Below are positions 60,551-64,000 of a stretch of 64,000 nt of DNA, piece by piece. Numbering within the stretch: the first letter of the stretch is position 1; every line of letters starts with the position of its first letter. The DNA is from the human T2T-CHM13v2.0 reference genome, Homo sapiens, in the NCBI RefSeq assembly GCF_009914755.1, contig NC_060946.1. One strand, written 5' to 3'. The position numbers and the translations under genes were made by a program. The notes under the pieces were generated by a model. That model was given only the letters and a program-made list of their open reading frames with translations, was not told the origin of the DNA and ran no database searches.

Positions 60551-60569
60551 TAATATATATTTACAAATG

Positions 60570-61213
60570 CAGTCAGCCCTCTGTATCCATGCGTTCCCCA
60601 TCCTGAGATTCAATCAATCTTGGATCAAAAATATTTGGAAATAGAACAATAAAGTTAATAAAAATTAGAAAAACAATATGGTATAGCAACTATTTACATA
60701 CCATTTATATTATATTAGGTATTATAAGTAATTTAGACATGATTTAATGTATGGGGAGGATGTCCATAGGTTATAGGTAAATACAGTTATCATTCAGGAT
60801 CCTTGCAGGGATTTTGGTTCCAGGACCACCCGGGGATACCAAAATTCTGGGATACTCAAATCCCTGAGATAAAATGGCATAGTATTTATGTGTAAACTTA
60901 TGCACATTCTCCTATATACTTTAAGTCATCTCTAGATTATTTATAATACCTAATACTATCTAAATGCTATGTAAATAGTTGTACTCTATTGTTTATGGAC
61001 TAATGACAAGAAAAAAGTTTGTGCATGTTAAGTACAGACATAATTTTTTTTCAAATATTTTCTGTTTGCAGTTGGTTAAATTTATGGATGTGAAACCCAT
61101 GGGTACAGAGGGCCGACTGTACTATGCCATTTTATGTAAGAAACTCAAGCATCTCTGAATTTTGGTATACAGGGTCCTGGAACCAATACCCTGTGGATAC
61201 TGAGGGACAATTA
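60570..61213. mobile_element. MER2B-like Tigger MITE (outer element)
   Basis: cagtcagccctctgtatcc start; continues ctatgccattttat..ggatactgagggacaat after the inner element. Confidence 0.85.
60784..61119. mobile_element. MER2 (inner element, opposite orientation)
   Basis: TA|cagttatc..gagggccgactg|TA; aatgacaagaaaaaag..gtacagac. Confidence 0.88.
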
Positions 61214-61447
61214 TAATTGAAGTCCTCTTTCACATAACACTACACCACTTCACAGGTTGTACATGTATCTTAACACAGTATTCCCAATTCCCTCCTTCCA
61301 TCTCTTATGATATAGCAGTTATTTATTACACTTATTCATATGATATAATCATCATATATATTATTCTGGTTCTTTGTTCTTTATGCACATCCAGGTTTGT
61401 GACCTATATGATTTTCCTCCTGCCCGAAGAACTTATTTTAACACTTA

Positions 61448-61527
61448 TTGTAGGGACATCTGTTAGTGATAAAAATCTTTCCCATTTTTTGTAGGGACAT
61501 CTGTTAGTGATAAAAATCTTTCCCATT
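61448..61527. repeat. 41-bp-period tandem duplication
   Basis: ttgtagggacatctgttagtgataaaaatctttcccatt twice. Confidence 0.95.
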
Positions 61528-62733
61528 CGTTTGTCTGCGAAAGTCTTTAGTTCTTTATTTTCATAGATATAGATTTCTATGTTAGTGAGTTTGTTTCCTT
61601 TCAACTGTACATATTTTGCTTCACTCTCTTTTTGCTTGCATAATTTCTGATGCAAAGTCTCCTGTAATTCTTTTTGTTGTTTTTCTGTAAGTAAAGTGTA
61701 TTTTCCTTGTGTCTTCTATCAAGATTATTCTATTTTCCTTTGGTTTTCTGCAGTTTGAATATGATACATCTAGATATTTTTGTTTTTACTATTACTGTTA
61801 TTCTCTGGATCTATTGTTTTATGTTGTCATTAATTATGGAAAATTCTTAGCCATTATTACTTCAAATATTTTTTCTTCTCTATTCTTTTTATAGAAATAG
61901 TACTCCAATTATACATATGTTACACCTTTTGATGTTGTCCCACAGTTCTTGAATGCTGTGTTCTGTTTCTATATTTTGTTTTTGTTTTTCCTCTTTGTAT
62001 TTTATTTTGGGAAGTTTCTATTGACTTATCTTCCAGTTCCCTGATTCTTTTATTGGCTATGTTGAGTCTACTGATGAACCCACTGAAGTCATTCTTTATT
62101 TCTGGTACTGTGTTTTTTGGTTTTAGCATTCATTTCATTGATTGTATTTTAGAGTCTCTGCTTATATTACCCATCTATTCTTGAATGTTGTCTCCTTTTC
62201 CCATAATATATTAATCATGGTTATTTTAAATTCTCTGTCAGATCATTCTAACATCATATCTGAATTTGATTCTGATGATTGTTTTATCTCTTCACTGTTT
62301 TTTCTTGCTTTTTGGCATACCTTGTCATTTTTTTGTTGAAGGCCAGACATATTGAGTGAGGTAACAGGACTTGGGGTAAATAATCTTGCTAGAAGTTGAG
62401 CTCTGTTTAATGTTTGTTGTCACTATACTGCCAGAGGCTTCAAAAATCTCCAGTGTCTCCCTTCTTTAATTGTGACTGAATTTTTCTCTTCAGAGAGGAT
62501 CTGTGTTGCAGGTCTTTCACCTATGAACTGCTGTCATTTTACTGGAGCCCTGTTAGTATAGTGGTAAGGAATGAGTAAAGGGGAACATTCTACAGCCTTC
62601 CAGTTAAATCTGTCTTCCAGTGAGCTTGTGTCTTAGAGCTGTGATCTTCACAAGTATTTCTCCAGTCATATAGCTTTTTATTTTTGCCACATCTCCAGTG
62701 TTCTTATTTCTTTGAAGCCCTGACCTCTGCTGA

Positions 62734-63066
62734 CTTTCTTTCTTTCTTTTCTCTTTTCTTTTTTTTTTTTTTTTTTTTTTGAGATGGAGTTTCACTCTTT
62801 CACCCAGGCTGGAGTGAAGGTGGCACAATCTCGACTCACTGCAACCTCCGCCTCCCGGGTTCAAGCCAATTCTCCTGCCTCAGCCTCCCGAGTGGCTGGG
62901 ACTACAGGGATGCGCCACCAAGCCTGGCTAATTTTTGTATTTTTAGTAGAGATGGGGTTTCACCATGTTGGCCAGGCTGCTCTTGAACTCCTGACCTCAG
63001 TTAATCCACCTGCCTTGGCCTCCCAAAGTGCTAGGATTACAGATGTGAGCCACCAAGCCCCGGACC
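62734..63066 (-). mobile_element. AluSq-like
   Basis: gagtttcactctttcacccagg; TSD TGCTGACTTT. Confidence 0.95.
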
Positions 63067-63837
63067 TGCTGACTTTGTTTCTTTTCTTCTTAGGTGAGAT
63101 GCTGAAGAGGACTGGAATGGGAAGAATTCTTTTCCCTCCAGCTGGATGGCTCTGGAACTTCTCCTGAAGTGTAGCCTTTGTTATGGAAAAGATTAGTCTA
63201 GTTGTATTTCTAAAGGATTACTCTTCCTCTCCTCCTACCAGAGCCAGAAAGAGGATCTTTCTTGAATCTCGTAAACTTGGGAAGGTTCCTGGAGGTAAAG
63301 TTCACAAATGTGGCAGACCCTGTAAGAATGTGGCTCCTAGGAGTTTCTCACTCACGGCTGTCTACACTCAAGCTCCAGCAATTTGCCAAAACTCCCACTT
63401 GAGTCTTCCTACCAGTTTATGATTCCAGAGGTTTCTGCTCTAGGTAAGCAGATCTCATCTGTGTTTCTCTGGACAAGACTGTCTCTCCAGATTTTAGAAC
63501 AGCAGTTTTTCCCACCTCTTCAGTTCTCTTATGGATCCAATAACTTTATTAATTTTTAGGTTGTCCAGTTTGTTTCATAGTATAAGGGTGGGACAATTTC
63601 TAAGCTCTTTATGTGTCTAAGCTGAAACTGGTAGCCCAGTATTAAACTCCTTTGAAGGAGTTTACCTGATTGGGTCAGGCCCTCTCTGGATAAGCTCCCT
63701 TTGGATAAACCTAATCTCAGGAGAGATGTTTCACTGTAGTCATAGGTACCACCCACACTTGAGAAGAGGGGGTTCTACAAGGTGTGTGCACTGGGGCTGC
63801 AATGTTGAGAGACTGTCTTTGAATTCTGCCTACCACA

Positions 63838-63960
63838 GCTTGCTGGAGGAGGTGATACCTGAATTTAATTCCAAAGGATGAGTGAAATGAGCTGACCTAA
63901 AAGATGGGAAAAGCATGCAAAGCAGAAGGAACAGCATGTGCAAATAAATAAGAAAGAACA
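63838..63960 (-). mobile_element. L2 fragment
   Basis: ctggaggaggtgatacctgaa..gcagaaggaacagcatgtgcaaa. Confidence 0.7.
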
Positions 63961-64000
63961 CAGCATAGATGTTAGCAAGATCCAGATGCTATGCCCAAAG

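Larger units (their letters stand above)
61220..63640 (-). mobile_element. Old L1M 5'UTR and ORF1 (decayed)
   Basis: ORF 61920-62129 (EIKNDFSGFISRLNIANKRIRELED) resembles L1 ORF1p coiled coil. Confidence 0.85.

Noticed and set aside
63643-63664. 10-bp stem hairpin near the L1/MLT1 junction
   Set aside because: Lies in diverged LTR sequence; a single short stem is compatible with chance

Overview
Primate (very likely human) non-coding genomic DNA, intergenic or intronic, dominated by transposable elements. It holds about 35 Alu copies or fragments (J, S and Y types), L2 and MIR relics, and several old L1M/L1PA pieces. It also holds MaLR/ERV LTRs (MSTB, MSTD-like, MLT1 types, THE1B-like, MER67C, LTR3-like, MER9a), one two-LTR THE1A element, and DNA-transposon MITEs (MER58A, MER5, MER33, MER8, MER2, MER112-like). 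I find no supportable protein-coding gene, tRNA/rRNA gene or CRISPR array; the listed ORFs are repeat-derived or chance. Subfamily names come from remembered consensus motifs, not an alignment, and boundaries of old repeats are approximate. The most notable non-routine signals are: (i) three + strand segments with strong splice sites (27632-27786, 32017-32177, 32829-32906), suggesting a spliced non-coding transcript, one flanked by inverted AluY copies; (ii) two local templated-copy events (27 bp with a fold-back; ~130 bp dropped into a MIR); (iii) a tail-to-tail inverted Alu fusion; (iv) a MER2 inserted antisense in a MER2B; (v) a THE1B-like LTR with an intact DUX4 site. No new biological system is demonstrable from the sequence alone.
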